Source: Eutreptiella sp. 'Long Island Sound 2002' (lineage: Eukaryota > Protista > Euglenida). Taken from it: a stretch of DNA of 64,000 nt. Made by a program: the position numbers and the translations under genes. The stretch spans positions 8,680,001 to 8,744,000 of the forward strand of contig OZ038378.1 in the NCBI GenBank assembly GCA_964036045.1, in the 5' to 3' direction. This document shows, one piece after another, positions 45,891 through 57,900 of this stretch (the first letter of the stretch is position 1; each line of letters begins with the position of its first letter). The notes beneath the pieces were generated by a model. The model worked only from the letters and a program-made list of their open reading frames with translations, had not been told where the DNA came from and made no database searches.

Positions 45891-47156
45891 TATATCCGTG
45901 GCGTGGGCCCAAGGATATCGGCAGATATCCGTGGCATTGACCCGGGATACAGCAGCGATGATATCCCGGGTCAATGCCACGGATATCCCGTGGCACGCAA
46001 CAAATCATGAAAAATGTCCGAGGTGTGATTTGTCTCACGGAGCTTCAAGCTTCTTCTTTTTCAACACACCCCCGGAGATCTCTACAAGCATGGAACATAT
46101 AGCCACATATGGGGCTATAGATAAAGGAATACAGATGGTCTACTGGGAGCCAATCATGTCGGTGACACAACATTGCAAGCCCAGGAACCAAACTTCGGAG
46201 GAAACCTAAGCTTGGCACAAGACATATGGTACACAACATGGCAAATGTCACACGTGACCGGTCTTTGGGTGCCACATGCATTCTTCTTAATTGCTTCGTC
46301 ACAACTTCGTCACAACGGTAGCATTGCATTTCCTTTTTCACCTGGACTTCCTTTTTCACCTTTTTTTGGGTTTCTCTTCAAATGCAGCGTGAGCAAAGGA
46401 GATGGAATGCCCAACAAATCCTGACTTATTGGGGCCTTGGCAGGTGTTGCTGGGGCGGCCCATGCACGAGAACGGTACATCTCACGTTCATATACAATGC
46501 TCTCCTTCTCATTGAGCTCACGTACAGGCTCTTTCTCACTCAATTGTGTCAACGGGAAGGTTTCATACTCCTCTTCCTTGGTTAGATCAATGATCATCTT
46601 TGCAGAGGATGGAGAAGGTGTCCGGTCCTTCCGTTTCTTCTCTACTTGAACTGGACTGAGGCTAACACACACAATGTCATGCTTTGGTGACAAAGTGTCA
46701 CTATTGGAAGCCTTCTCTTCCTTAGGAGCAGCAAGAATAGGAATAGCAGCAATAGAAGGTTCCGCTTTTACCTCACCTTCCTCCTTTTTATGGTACCGCG
46801 AAAGAATCTCAGCGGCCTTTTCAACCCTATCCTTGTCTTTGCGGTGATAGACCATGAGAGCTTACTTGAAGCTCTGTGAGACAAATCACACCTTGGACCC
46901 GTGAGAGAAAACACGTTTCGGATTTGTTCTCCTCCAAGTGGTGAGGCATCAAGGGCCAGGGGAGGGTTGCGCACAAGGATCCCGGGTCAATGCCACGGCT
47001 ATGTGCCGATATCCTCGGGCCCCTATGCCACGGATATAAGAATTGTGCCAACTGCCACGGATATCTGCGGATATCCCGGGTCAATGCCACGGATATCCGT
47101 CTGTCGATATCCGTGGCATTGACCCGGGATATCCGCAGATATCCGTGGCATTGGCA
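45891..47156 (-). mobile_element. Foldback-like module with nested inverted repeats and charged/Cys-containing ORFs
   Basis: GCCACGGATATC / GACCCGGGATA arrays at 45891-45995 and 46978-47156. Inner 29-bp IR (46021-46049 vs 46865-46893, 1 mismatch). ORFs 46310..46855 and 46045..46359 (CYRC..H, CTIC) lie between. Confidence 0.55.
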
Positions 47157-47969
47157 CAATTTTTGTATAGTATCCTTGTGAAGCTGAATTCTACGAACAC
47201 GGCGTTCTAGCTTTTCGTGCAAACCAAGGGAAAACAACGAAACGGAAAGTGTTTGTTTCACATCTCAAAAGCCTTGCAAACGCAATGGCATTGCAATCGA
47301 AGAGCCACACGTTCCACAACAATGTTATGCACAATCTGAAAAAAACGGCACGTTCAAAGCACACGAAACCGCAGAAATATTCCATGATTACCTAGTTTGC
47401 GGGTAAGTACCCGCAGGGCAAGAATATGGCTGGGTACATAGTGACAAGTGAAACCCGGATGGGCTAATAGATGTTATGTGTGTCTTGAATGATGCCCGAG
47501 TTGATATATTCCTTTATCTAGGGTTAGTACTCAGGGATCCATGTGGTCTGGGTAACCCATTTCTGCCCCAGAAAACAGGTGAAGATATTTGACCTTTTTT
47601 ATTTTTCGAACGGGGTAACATGCTTGTTACCTGGGTAACACATGTTACCGACGGTGTTACCAATGTGTTACCCGAGGGACTTCCTATGTTACCGGTAACA
47701 TGTATGTGTTACCCGAGCGCTCTGGTTGTTAATTGCTTTTGTTACCACCGCTGTAACCCTTGGGGTGTTACCCGGGTAACCATGCCCCCTTCCAATCCCA
47801 CTTTGTCCCTATTAGTTACCCCCTGTGTTACCTTTCATGTAACCCCTTCATCACACTTTGTTTTAGTTACCCCATGGTGGCTGGGCACAACGTCATGCAC
47901 ACATAGTCCCTTCCCTCCCTGCCCTGCAAGAAGTATCACTGCGCCGTAGGACTGCTGTTTCTTCTGAGT

Positions 47970-49034
47970 TCAAACTTTCGGTTCCGAATGCCACTTCTGG
48001 AAACAACCACTGTAGGAGTGCAAATGCACATCGCAATGAGCACACTTGAACCAAGTGCGCCCCTTGCATACTTTGCAAGTGCCTCGGGTATCTACAAGCA
48101 CCGGCGTGTGCACAGCGTGCCCAGGGGAGACAAACTTTTCCAAAATATCCCATTGGAAGTCCCAAAGGGATTTCTTTTTGGGTATCAAACCTTGGAGTCG
48201 GCAGACTGTAAAGGTATTTACAATCGCGTACCTAAACAAGAAAGCCTTCAAGGCACGGGTCCAACTCTTGAATCTGCCTGTCTCACGGTGTTCTAGTGCC
48301 ATTTGATTGGCACTGTCAACACCGTTGGCTAGCTGCCTGTATGCAGCCACAACAGGTGGGAGCTCATAACCACCTCTGTGGCGCACCCACTCATTGTCGA
48401 ACACACAGTTTGACAGAAATGGAACCACACGTGGTGGTTTGCTACCCACTTTTGGGTTTTTGTAGACATGGAGGCTATACTTGCCTCCTTTGACATACGT
48501 TTCTGCTGCAATGGAGGGTCGCATACTATCCCCAGCCAGGGAAACCCCTTCCTGATCCCTTTTGCATAGGAACAAGAAGGGTTGCTGACGCTGTGCCATT
48601 TGGTTTGCCACTAGGTGGCTTCCAAAGTATGAGTCGCACACAATTGCAGTGCGAGTAGGGAGTAGGTCAGCCCATCGGTGTACCATCTCCCGGGCAGTCC
48701 GAGGTCCAGCCACCTGGGGGTGATCCCGGAAGACCCTGACCCTTTTGCCTGCATACAAAAAAATATCAGTTATAAAAGGGTGCACTGAGTCACCCAGGAC
48801 ATACAATTTAATGCCTGTGCTATGCGGTTTTCTGGGGATGAACTGCCGCATGGGTCCAGCCCTTTTCCCCTTGTGGGGGACAATGGATTCATCCCCTGCG
48901 GCAGCCCACCCCCATACCCACAGGCTGGACCAATGGGCATTAATAGCCTCAAGGAGCTCTGCAGTACCACAATTGGACAGGCTGTTTGAGGCTGGACCCC
49001 AACTCTTCCCTGACATGGGACTTCGCCCGTTCAA
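47970..49034 (-). CDS. piggyBac transposase (DDD core + C-terminal Cys-rich domain), N-terminus incomplete
   Basis: GDESIVPHKG..QFIPRKP..GIKLY, CDSYF, YRQLANGVD..D, W..LF..I.N, and CKVC..CAHCDVHLH..CFQKWH. Confidence 0.92.
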   Translation of the reverse strand: MNGRSPMSGKSWGPASNSLSNCGTAELLEAINAHWSSLWVWGWAAAGDESIVPHKGKRAGPMRQFIPRKPHSTGIKLYVLGDSVHPFITDIFLYAGKRVRVFRDHPQVAGPRTAREMVHRWADLLPTRTAIVCDSYFGSHLVANQMAQRQQPFLFLCKRDQEGVSLAGDSMRPSIAAETYVKGGKYSLHVYKNPKVGSKPPRVVPFLSNCVFDNEWVRHRGGYELPPVVAAYRQLANGVDSANQMALEHRETGRFKSWTRALKAFLFRYAIVNTFTVCRLQGLIPKKKSLWDFQWDILEKFVSPGHAVHTPVLVDTRGTCKVCKGRTWFKCAHCDVHLHSYSGCFQKWHSEPKV

Positions 49035-49208
49035 GGTGTTGTAGGTAGGTTGTTGAATTAAGTAAGAGTTTTTTCTGCCCTTGTGGGGCGGGCAGAGATG
49101 GACTTTGCCCCACCAGAAGCCGGCCCGGTAAACATAAAACTGGGGTGCGCCGTCTTCCCTTTCGCCTTTTTTGTTTTCCCCTTGGTTTGTGGTACTGGTT
49201 CGTCCTCC

Positions 49209-49905
49209 TCAGGGGTTCCTTCCTCCTGCATGGACCACCACCTCCTCGTCAGTCCCTGGTCCCTGGTCATCATCATCATCATCACTGTCCACCTCCTTGT
49301 CAACATCCATTTGGGACCTCTGCCGGACTGCCTTGGCTGCAGCTGAAGCTGGGGTGAGTGTTCGGGTCTGTTTTGGGGGCTTCAAGGCTGATTTGGTGGG
49401 GGCTTTGCTGGCTGCTGCTGAATGACTGCCACTGCCTGTTGCCTGCACCTCCTTGCCCTTGCCCTTCTCTTGCCCCCCTTTGTAAAATCCCCAGGTGTTC
49501 CCACACTCCTTTGCCTGAAAAGTCACTGGCCCGTGGAGGGTCTGGATGTCCAGACATTCCCCCTCATCAACGTCGTAGGCCAACGCCGTCTTCATGGTCA
49601 GGGCCGAATGGCTGCCCCTGGAAACCCAGCCGCAAACAAAGTTGGGCTGGCCTTGTTTCTTGGCCTTCAACTGCAAGGAAAGTAAGTGCAGTAAAAATGG
49701 GGGGTGTTACCACGTGTGTAACCGGTAACAGGTACGTGTTACCCAACCCGTTGAAAACAGGGCACACCAAGCAATGGTGCAAAGGGGATACCTGAAGGAC
49801 CACAAGAGCCCCGGCACGGGCAACATCACCCCAGCGGACACTGTACAACGTCGATCCGGCAGTCAGCTCCTTGTGAAACTGCTTGGGAACCGGTGGAAGG
49901 GGCAT
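49209..49905 (-). CDS. Spliced upstream ORF of the piggyBac element (intron 49671-49791)
   Basis: ...VVLQ|GTATCC...CTTACTTTCCTTGCAG|LKAKK...: a 121-nt phase-0 GT-AG intron joins ORF 49567..49905 to ORF 49209..49676; acidic stretch DSDDDDDD. Confidence 0.55.
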
Positions 49906-50609
49906 AATGAGGAAAAACAGGGCCCTAATGGGACATGATTGGCATGTGTAGTGTTACCGCATGTGTAACCGCTGACCTGTTACCCAGGAAAAATGTTACC
50001 CAGAGTGAGAGATACCTCTGCAGATCTATTGGGCACATGTGTAGTGTTACCGCAAGTGTAACCGCTGACCTGTTACCCAGGAAAATTGTTACCCAGAGGG
50101 ATGCCTCTGCAGCTCTATTTGGCACAATTTTAGGTTTGCAAGAAATAGGCACGTCAAATCAAGACAAAAAAATTCATTGTGGAGTGCAAGGGTGTTAAGA
50201 TCAAACTGACAGGGTCGTGAAGGTCGCGTTTTCTTGAGGGAATTTTATTTTCAATTATTATTGCACCTCTGCCCATTTGGTTGTTGTTACCGCTGATGTA
50301 ACCGCTATGGTGTTACCCCGTATACCTGTTACCGCGAAACTCAAGGCTTGCAGCACAACACACGACAGGCAAGTAACACATTTGCGGTAACAACAAGCAC
50401 AAAAAGGCAAACTTTGCAATTCTTCCTGTCACATGTGTTGAATGAGAGGGTGACACTATGTTACCAAGGTCAGGCACCTCAAAAAACCCCCATATAACCC
50501 AACTTGAAAAAAATGACCTGTTACCCCAAATTTGACCCTGTTACCGCCCTAGATAAAGGAATATCCCATGTTTTTCAGCTCACCACAGCCTGAGCCTTTC
50601 GTGTGGTAG

Positions 50610-51690
50610 GCGGTCCGCGGATCACTGATCCGCGGGGGTCCAAAAACCCCCCCCTCCCCCCCCACCGAATGATCCGCGGATCACGGATCACCCACCCCAT
50701 AAACCCCCCCCCCCCCCCCCCCCACTGCCTAGCAAAATGATCCGCAATTTTCCGGATCACTAATTCGGACACGTGGACAGTCCTAGGGGCTCGAGAACCC
50801 GTGGTCGTGATGCGTACACATATGGAATCATGTCAACACAAAGAAGGCGGGCACATGCAAAGCAAAGCAATGGAAATGTTGGATAACCTGGATAAAAACC
50901 CCGCCACCGGCATGGGAAAAAAGGTCTCCACTGTACATACACTGTACATTTTAGTTTTGAGTTTTTGTAGGGGAGTGGGAAGTGGGTATAGGGTTAGAGC
51001 GAGGCATTCGCCGAATCCGTTGTTCCTAAAGCGATTCCGATGACCTACTGTTAGTTTCGATTCTTTATGCTGGGGAGTAGGAAGTGGGTATAGGGTTAGA
51101 GCGAGGCATTCGCCGAATCCGTTGCTGTTCTCCTAAAGCGATTCCGATGACCTAGAGGATTAGGAAATGGGTAAAAAGGTTAGACCTTCCAGACAAAGAG
51201 GGATGGGTACCACCAAATCATAAGCAACAAAAATGATCCAAAGACGGAGCACGCACAAAACAAGATAGTGATTGACCAATTTGTGTTGCAAAAAATGATC
51301 CGAAAATGCAACCCCCAATTGTAAGCATCACGTAGAGCACGCACAAAGCAACATATTGAGTGACCAATTTGTGTTGCAAAAAATGATCCAAAAATGTATC
51401 TTCCAAATGTAAGTATCACACAGCAACATTAAAAAAAAGGAACCAAAAATGAAAGTTCACTTGTTCCATCAATTTAACTTGCAAAAAATGATCCACAAGT
51501 CCACACGACCATTGACACAAAGTTCAAAGTGCAATAAGCAAAATGGTCCGGAATGGTCCAAGAATGATCCAAAGTGATCCACGGATCACCAGCCCCGAAA
51601 AACCCCCCCCCCTCCCCACTGCCTAGTGTTTGGATCAAAAATGATCCGGATCACCCACCCCGAAACCCCCCCCCCCCCCTGCCTGCCGCA
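50610..51690. repeat. GGATCAC/GATCC motif clusters with C-runs (50610-50760, 51575-51690) and TGACCAATTTGTGTTGCAAAAAATGATCC repeats
   Basis: Directly visible recurring motifs. Confidence 0.65.
50971..51153 (+). repeat. ~102-bp tandem duplication
   Basis: GGGAGT(G/A)GGAAGTGGGTATAGGGTTAGAGCGAGGCATTCGCCGAATCCG..GATGACCTA at 50971 and 51073. Confidence 0.9.
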
Positions 51691-53059
51691 CTTCACATTC
51701 GTGATGCCCTGGGTGAAGTATCCGCAGGGTGGGTTGATGGGCCTAGACTACATGCTCCGTTTCTTAGCTTAATGTAGACTGTTATTTTCTTGACCCCGTA
51801 GGCACATAGCCAAGTTGCCATCGCAATTGCGCTGCTTTAGCGCCAGCGGACAATACAAATGGTATTTTTTTTATGCACGAGGGTTGTTCCCCGGCAAACA
51901 TTACTCAAAGTGGCCTAACCACGGGCAAGAGCGTTCATGGTGAGCCGAAGTCCAAAACAAGAACAGAGTATGTACAATAAATGGTATATGAACCTGTTCG
52001 TGTCCTGATTTGGGCTCGGTGTGTGGTTCTATCTGGGTGATGTACACTGCCCTACTTGGCACCAGAGGCCAGATGGAAACCTAAATTTAAATGGTGTGAT
52101 ATGCATTTTGATGTAGACTCTTATATTAAAATCTCTTGTCCTGTAACCGGAACTCAAGATCCGCAACATCATCCCACCGCCCTTGCCTTTTGGCCTTGCG
52201 GATTTGGTTCTTTAGAAAACTCATTCGTCCACGGAGAGCGACAACTCTCCCAAACCTTGGAGTTTTTACCCTCGGGGGTGGTAGGCACCCTTTGTGGCAA
52301 GTTCAAATCCCATTGCCTACAAATTACAAGCAACTTGGTAACTTTCTTGGTTGTGGCCATGGCAACACCTTCCGCAAAATCAATGTTCCTTTCCCTAGGA
52401 GTCAACTCACGGCACTCCTTCCAAGCAAACCCTTTGTGGTGAGCCACACACCAACCCGCGGTGGTCTTGAAGGTTGGCTTGTCACCACCTGCAAACAAAA
52501 AGGACGCAACAAATTGGAACTCTAAATTGTGGCAATGACCAAATCGGAAATGCACAAGGAAGCATCTCCCAAAATTGTTCCCAATTAAATTATGCCTTGG
52601 ACAATCGTGGTTCAAATTGAACAACAAAGACAACCCTCACAACCCGGGTCCAGAATGTCATCATTCATGCCAAAATCACAACTTTAACCTTGAAATTGCA
52701 ACTTAACCTTGCTAGATTCGAACATATGGCCAGAAAAGCAACGAAACCAAGTGCCAAGCACAACCAAAGGCGAAACATGAAAACAAGCTCTGCAATACAG
52801 TCATTCATTGCGAAACACGACAAATGGTGCCAGAAACGCTCGCAAACAACTAACGGTCATCTACTTGATACAATCTACACAAAAAATTCGAGATTCGACA
52901 ACCATGTAAATTACGAAATCCATCAAAACAGCCACTAAAGTGCTAGAAATTTACCATCGATCTATCCGCATTAAAATTCTCTACATAAATATATGCACAG
53001 ATCGTGCAGAAACCGAATCGACTTTATGTCCAGCTGGTGCTGTAGTGCACGGTTGCCCA

Positions 53060-53145
53060 TGACTGACTCCAGTCAGTCATCAGTCATCGATTCTTTGACT
53101 CAGTCAAATCTCAGTCACTATTTGTCAATTTTGACTCAGTCTGCC
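53060..53145. repeat. GACT(C)AGTC palindromic motif cluster
   Basis: Repeated GACTGAC/CAGTCA/GACTCAGTC units. Confidence 0.6.
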
Positions 53146-54871
53146 CAGCACTGAGGTAGCCTCAGATATTGCCGGTTAATGCAGTAGCGGTGATGTAAAC
53201 CACCAGCGGCAGTCACTCATTTGAAGTGGCGATGAGCGCCGCCCAACATCCCGGCGTAAACTTTACAGCTGTGCTACCAAGCACACGGCTGGATTGGAAT
53301 TGAACCAACTGCACTGCTCATGGTAGCGCTTTGGCGGAGGAGTACGGCGGTACTGGCTCTTCCAATTTAAGTGAAATTTCTTGACCCTATCTGACATCAA
53401 TCCATTTCCTGTGAATCATTTACTACGCGATTCAGCGTAATGAATTTATCACATGTCTAGAAGTCTCGGATCCCAGAACCTTCATTTTGACTGTTTGACA
53501 TTATTGCACCTTGATGTTTTGTTGCTCAGGCCTGTTTTTGGCTGTGTAACGGGCAACTCGCTTTTCCTCACTAATCACTTAGACGCCGAACAATTTGCTT
53601 TGTTGCTTTGAACCCTTTCACAGCATCGAAGTTTTGGGTGTAATGCACAGTGGAATTCTTGTGGTTTGTAATCTGAGACAGCTCTTGTCTATGCAACCGA
53701 TTTTCTTTTCTTGTATGCACCCATGCACCTCCGTGTTGATTCTCGTTTGCATTTCCTCACGAAAATTGGTTTTCGTGTTATCCGAATCGTTGAAGGGTAC
53801 TGTGTTGCTGCTAATGGTGATGTTGCTACTTCTTTATACGAAGCATTTGCTACTAGCCATCCGAGTAGTGTTGGCTTGAAGGAGGGAGGTAAGTGACTTG
53901 AAGCTCTTGGGCCAGCAGCGATGCACTACGTGGGAGGTTGTTCCATGCCAAGACTTCCAACCACTAGCCCTCGTCATTTCGATTGCCTTGTGCTTCAACG
54001 CCTTGTGCTTCAACGCCTAGTGCTTCAACGCTCGGAGGATTGATTGTCACTTCGATGAAACCGTCGCGCCTCGGTACTTTGCTTTGCGTGGCTCTAAAGG
54101 AGGACGGGGTGAATAATGACGGGTCGCGTCACGAGCATTGCACGGGATAGCAACGGATTGAAAAAATGGGTCGAACGATGCCACGTTTGAGAACCGGCGA
54201 CACGCACCAAGGAGCTATGTGGAAAGGCAATCTTGCGTCAAAGTTTCCACGAAGGTAGGTGGAGGCAACCTCCTCACCCATTTGTAAGTTTTGTACGGCA
54301 CAAGATCTTTCATCAAGAACATGATGGCCGGCAACGAGAAGGCCAACAACAAGAAGTATAATAAAGTACTCTTCATCTTGCCTAGAGATGTGAGCAACAA
54401 GATGCGAAAGCAAGAAGAAGCCAAAGCAATATGATGCGAATACACGCAATCGTGTCACGGTGGGTCCAACCACACATTACATTACGTTACGTGGTAAGAA
54501 TAAATGTTCACCAATTCTTTGCATGTCCGGCGCTACGAAAGCACTATCAACGCTCATTACCCAAACCTCATTGCGTGCACTCAGATTGTTTGTGGCATTT
54601 TTTAATGTCCATTGCTTGCGTGTGCATTGCCGCGTAAGGAGTGCGTTTGGACGGATTGGGAACGGAAACTATATACAATGGCGTAATTGACGCCGGAAGT
54701 TTGTGTCTCACCTAATTCCGTAAACAATCCGAGGGGGCCGGCACTTATCAACTCCCTTGATGGAGGTTGGCGTTCAAGGCCAGGAGCGTTGCGCAAGTCG
54801 ATGTCCACATCACAAATGCTGGGGCCTTGGACCAAGACGGAACTCCGCAGGTGTGGCCACTTTCATGGCAT

Positions 54872-54872
<1 letters not shown>

Positions 54873-54910
<38 letters not shown>
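54873..54910. repeat. (CA)n microsatellite
   Basis: Directly visible. Confidence 0.95.
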
Positions 54911-54911
<1 letters not shown>

Positions 54912-57900
54912 GCACCTTTTCGGGCACATCAACGCGCGTTCCTCGAAGGACGAGTTTGTAATCGACCTTGGATGTCAAAACCACCATCGTTGTCAATGCA
55001 TTTATTCATTCCTTTTTAATGCGATGCAGAACACGACGAACACAACGGTGGGCACGGACCATGGCCATGGACCTTCGTTACAACCTCAGGTGCCCATGTG
55101 CTGCATTTGACCTTGTTTCTTTGAGGTGCGGAGTGAAGCCGGAGCCGTGGCTTCAACAACCTGCACCGTTTCCATGTCGCAAACGCACAGGGCTCCCCGT
55201 TTATTCGGCAAATTACTCCATACCCCACAAAGTAGATGACGGAATAGTTGATTGACGCATGCCTCCCAACCTCAAGTTGCAAGCACTTCGTTGGACCCTT
55301 TGTCGTTCGGTCCACACCTTCATCCGTTCTTTCGATAGTGCCATAACATGAGAGAGGGCATGGAGGTTGCCTCTTCAACAACCGTATGCGCGTTGAAAGA
55401 CTCCCATACCCCATCAACCCGTAGGTGGTCCGATTGATCCCAAAGGAGGAGTGCGTGTCGTACGTCGTGCAAGAGCCCTCCAACAACGGGCTTGGCCATA
55501 GCCACGCCGACCGCAACAATGCGTTGATGGTGGCCATGCGCTTTGAGCAAGAGTACAAATTGTGCTTTGCATACATGCCCTTGGGTGTGCCTTCGTTTGT
55601 TTGCCCGCGCTTCACCGTATTCGCATCGCGTGCCGAGCGAGCTGTATCACCACAATCACCCATGAAGGGCCACCACACCACACCACACAACATGTACATG
55701 AACGAACGAACGAACGAACAAATGTCCCGTTGCGAGCCATAGCATCGGCACAATCCCCGCCGTTTCCCTTGTCGTTTCGAGCCCGGTGCCCACGTGTTTG
55801 AGTTGGGCTTTTTGTGACTTTGTGTGGTGAATTTTTTCCTGAGCGCACGCACGTGCAAACTACCGCGAAAGTTCTTGTGTGGTTTCATGCGCATCGGCTT
55901 CACTTTGCCACTTGCAAAGGCTCGGGGTGCGCCCAATGCGCATGGCCTCGAGCTTTTGTAGGCTATACGAGCGCGGATTCCGCGTAGCCCATCGTGTTCT
56001 CCGTACTCTCGCCCACCACGATGTCCAAGAGATTGCCGAACGCAATGCTGCGGGTTGCCAAAACGAAAACGGGACCGTAGGTTGGTGAGGGTGTCGGAAG
56101 TTGACGAGGTGATTGTGAAGTGCTTGCTTCTTCTTGTTAGGAAATAGCCACCATCAGTCGGGCGAAATCTTTGAAAGATTCTTCAACTTCAGTCACGGCT
56201 TTCCGAACGTGAAGGAAGGTATGCTTGGTGCGTGTTGTGCATGTGATGTTCATATCAGCGTGTTGTGCATGTGATGTTCATATCAAGGCCTCGCACACGC
56301 GAATCCGTTGCGTTAAGCATCGATCGGGTAGTCGAAGGAGACCTTGCGTTAGTGATGAGTGATAAGTGGTTCACATTCAATCATGCGTTGTTCTTTGTCT
56401 GGGGTCTAGCCTCGGGGTGTACCAAAATATGATATCTGCGACGTTGGACCGCGGTTCGATGAGTCCGCATATCACCGGTTGCGGGGGGGGCTCAAAGGGT
56501 AGCCCGCCACTTAGCTCCAGTCGCGCTTTCCTTCACACGAGCTTACCGCTGGACAGTTTGCGCATTGTTCCACTGCATGTGTGGACCATGTCCCTGTCCT
56601 CCGAGAGTTGGGTAAGAGCAACTTCACGGATGGTTGTGGGGTGGCACAACTGGCGAATCGCCTTGCCTAATCGATAGTAGGCGGGGTAAGACTGGTTGCT
56701 GCAAATCCACAGGCATGCCGAAGATTGTTGGTGAGATTCAGTTGCTCTAGGGTTGCTCTCCGACCTGCCGTCTGGGACGATTGCAGGCGGACAGCCCTCA
56801 CACAAGGCCTTGCCTAGCGTGTTCTACTCTATGTGATTGCCCACCACCCTCTGCCCCTCCGCCCCTTCCCCTTCTCTCTGCCGCGGCTGGTGTCGCGAAG
56901 ACATGTAGTTGAGGAGGATGCTGGAGCTGCACGAGGGGGCCAACAAACGAGGATCACGGCAGCCATCATTGCTTGAATTGTGCTGTTGTTGTGCTTCAAG
57001 TTGTGCTTCAAGTTGTGCTCCTCCCTCAAGAAGGGGCCCAGTTGTCCCGAAGGCAAGATGGCACCGGGAGATATTCGGAGACCGCCCTTCCATACCCTCA
57101 AACCTACGCTTCAGGAGCAGCAGCCCCCGCTACACAGTGGGCCCGACAACAGCATTCCAGCGCATTGGCTGCTTTAGGGGGTGCATCCGTGCGTCTGCCA
57201 GAATTTCCCATTTTGTTTCATTTATCGCGAATGGTCAACGGTTGTCTGACCCCTTACGGGGCAGTCAAGATGCTATGAATTTAATGGGCAATTCACATAT
57301 GGAAAAAATAACGGGCAAAAAAGTTGAATACCCCACTCCGGACCCCCCTCCCCCTTTTCATGCCGCGGGTGTTGAGATGCAGAACTACACTGAATGCCCC
57401 CATGGCCGGGTGGCGCAGGTGACATGCATTGCGCAGGCATCGTTTTTCCTTTCAATGTTCAAGCGGCGGCCTCGCACGTTTACACTGCTCCGCCCGCGGC
57501 TGTCAACCCCGTCTTATTTGCGGCGGCATCAGTGCCACCGCAAACTCGTCGGTGCTTTAGACACTCAAGTGGGCCTTATGTGGCCAGATTTCCCTTTCAT
57601 TTGTAGTGACTGCCACGAAGTCCCTGAAATCTGTGAAGATCAAGGCCACGAAGATGATCAAAGTCATCCAAGTACCTCCATGACCCCATTCCATTTCCCC
57701 CGTCTCCTCAGCCTCCATACCCTGTCCATCAGTCGCCGAGTGCCGTCCCTCGGTCTCCAATTGCGAGTCTTCGATCACCTGATCCGTGCTGTCACTCTCT
57801 ATGGTTGTGTGCGTGTTCTTCGTCTTCTGTGTGCGACTGCTGTACACGCTCTTAAGCATGCAGTTCGATGCTGATATGGTGCTGCGTGTTTGCTGTGCGT

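Larger units (their letters stand above)
47506..50564 (-). mobile_element. piggyBac-family transposon with ATAT flanks
   Basis: ATAT-TCCTTTATCTAGGG (47506-47523) and CCCTAGATAAAGGA-ATAT (50547-50564) enclose a piggyBac transposase. Dense GTTACC/GGTAAC subterminal repeats at 47610-47870 and 49700-50545. Confidence 0.8.

Noticed and set aside
46118-46131. TAGATAAAGGAATA match to the piggyBac TIR
   Set aside because: A single partial 14-nt match without a partner end or ATAT flank; may be chance or a relic.
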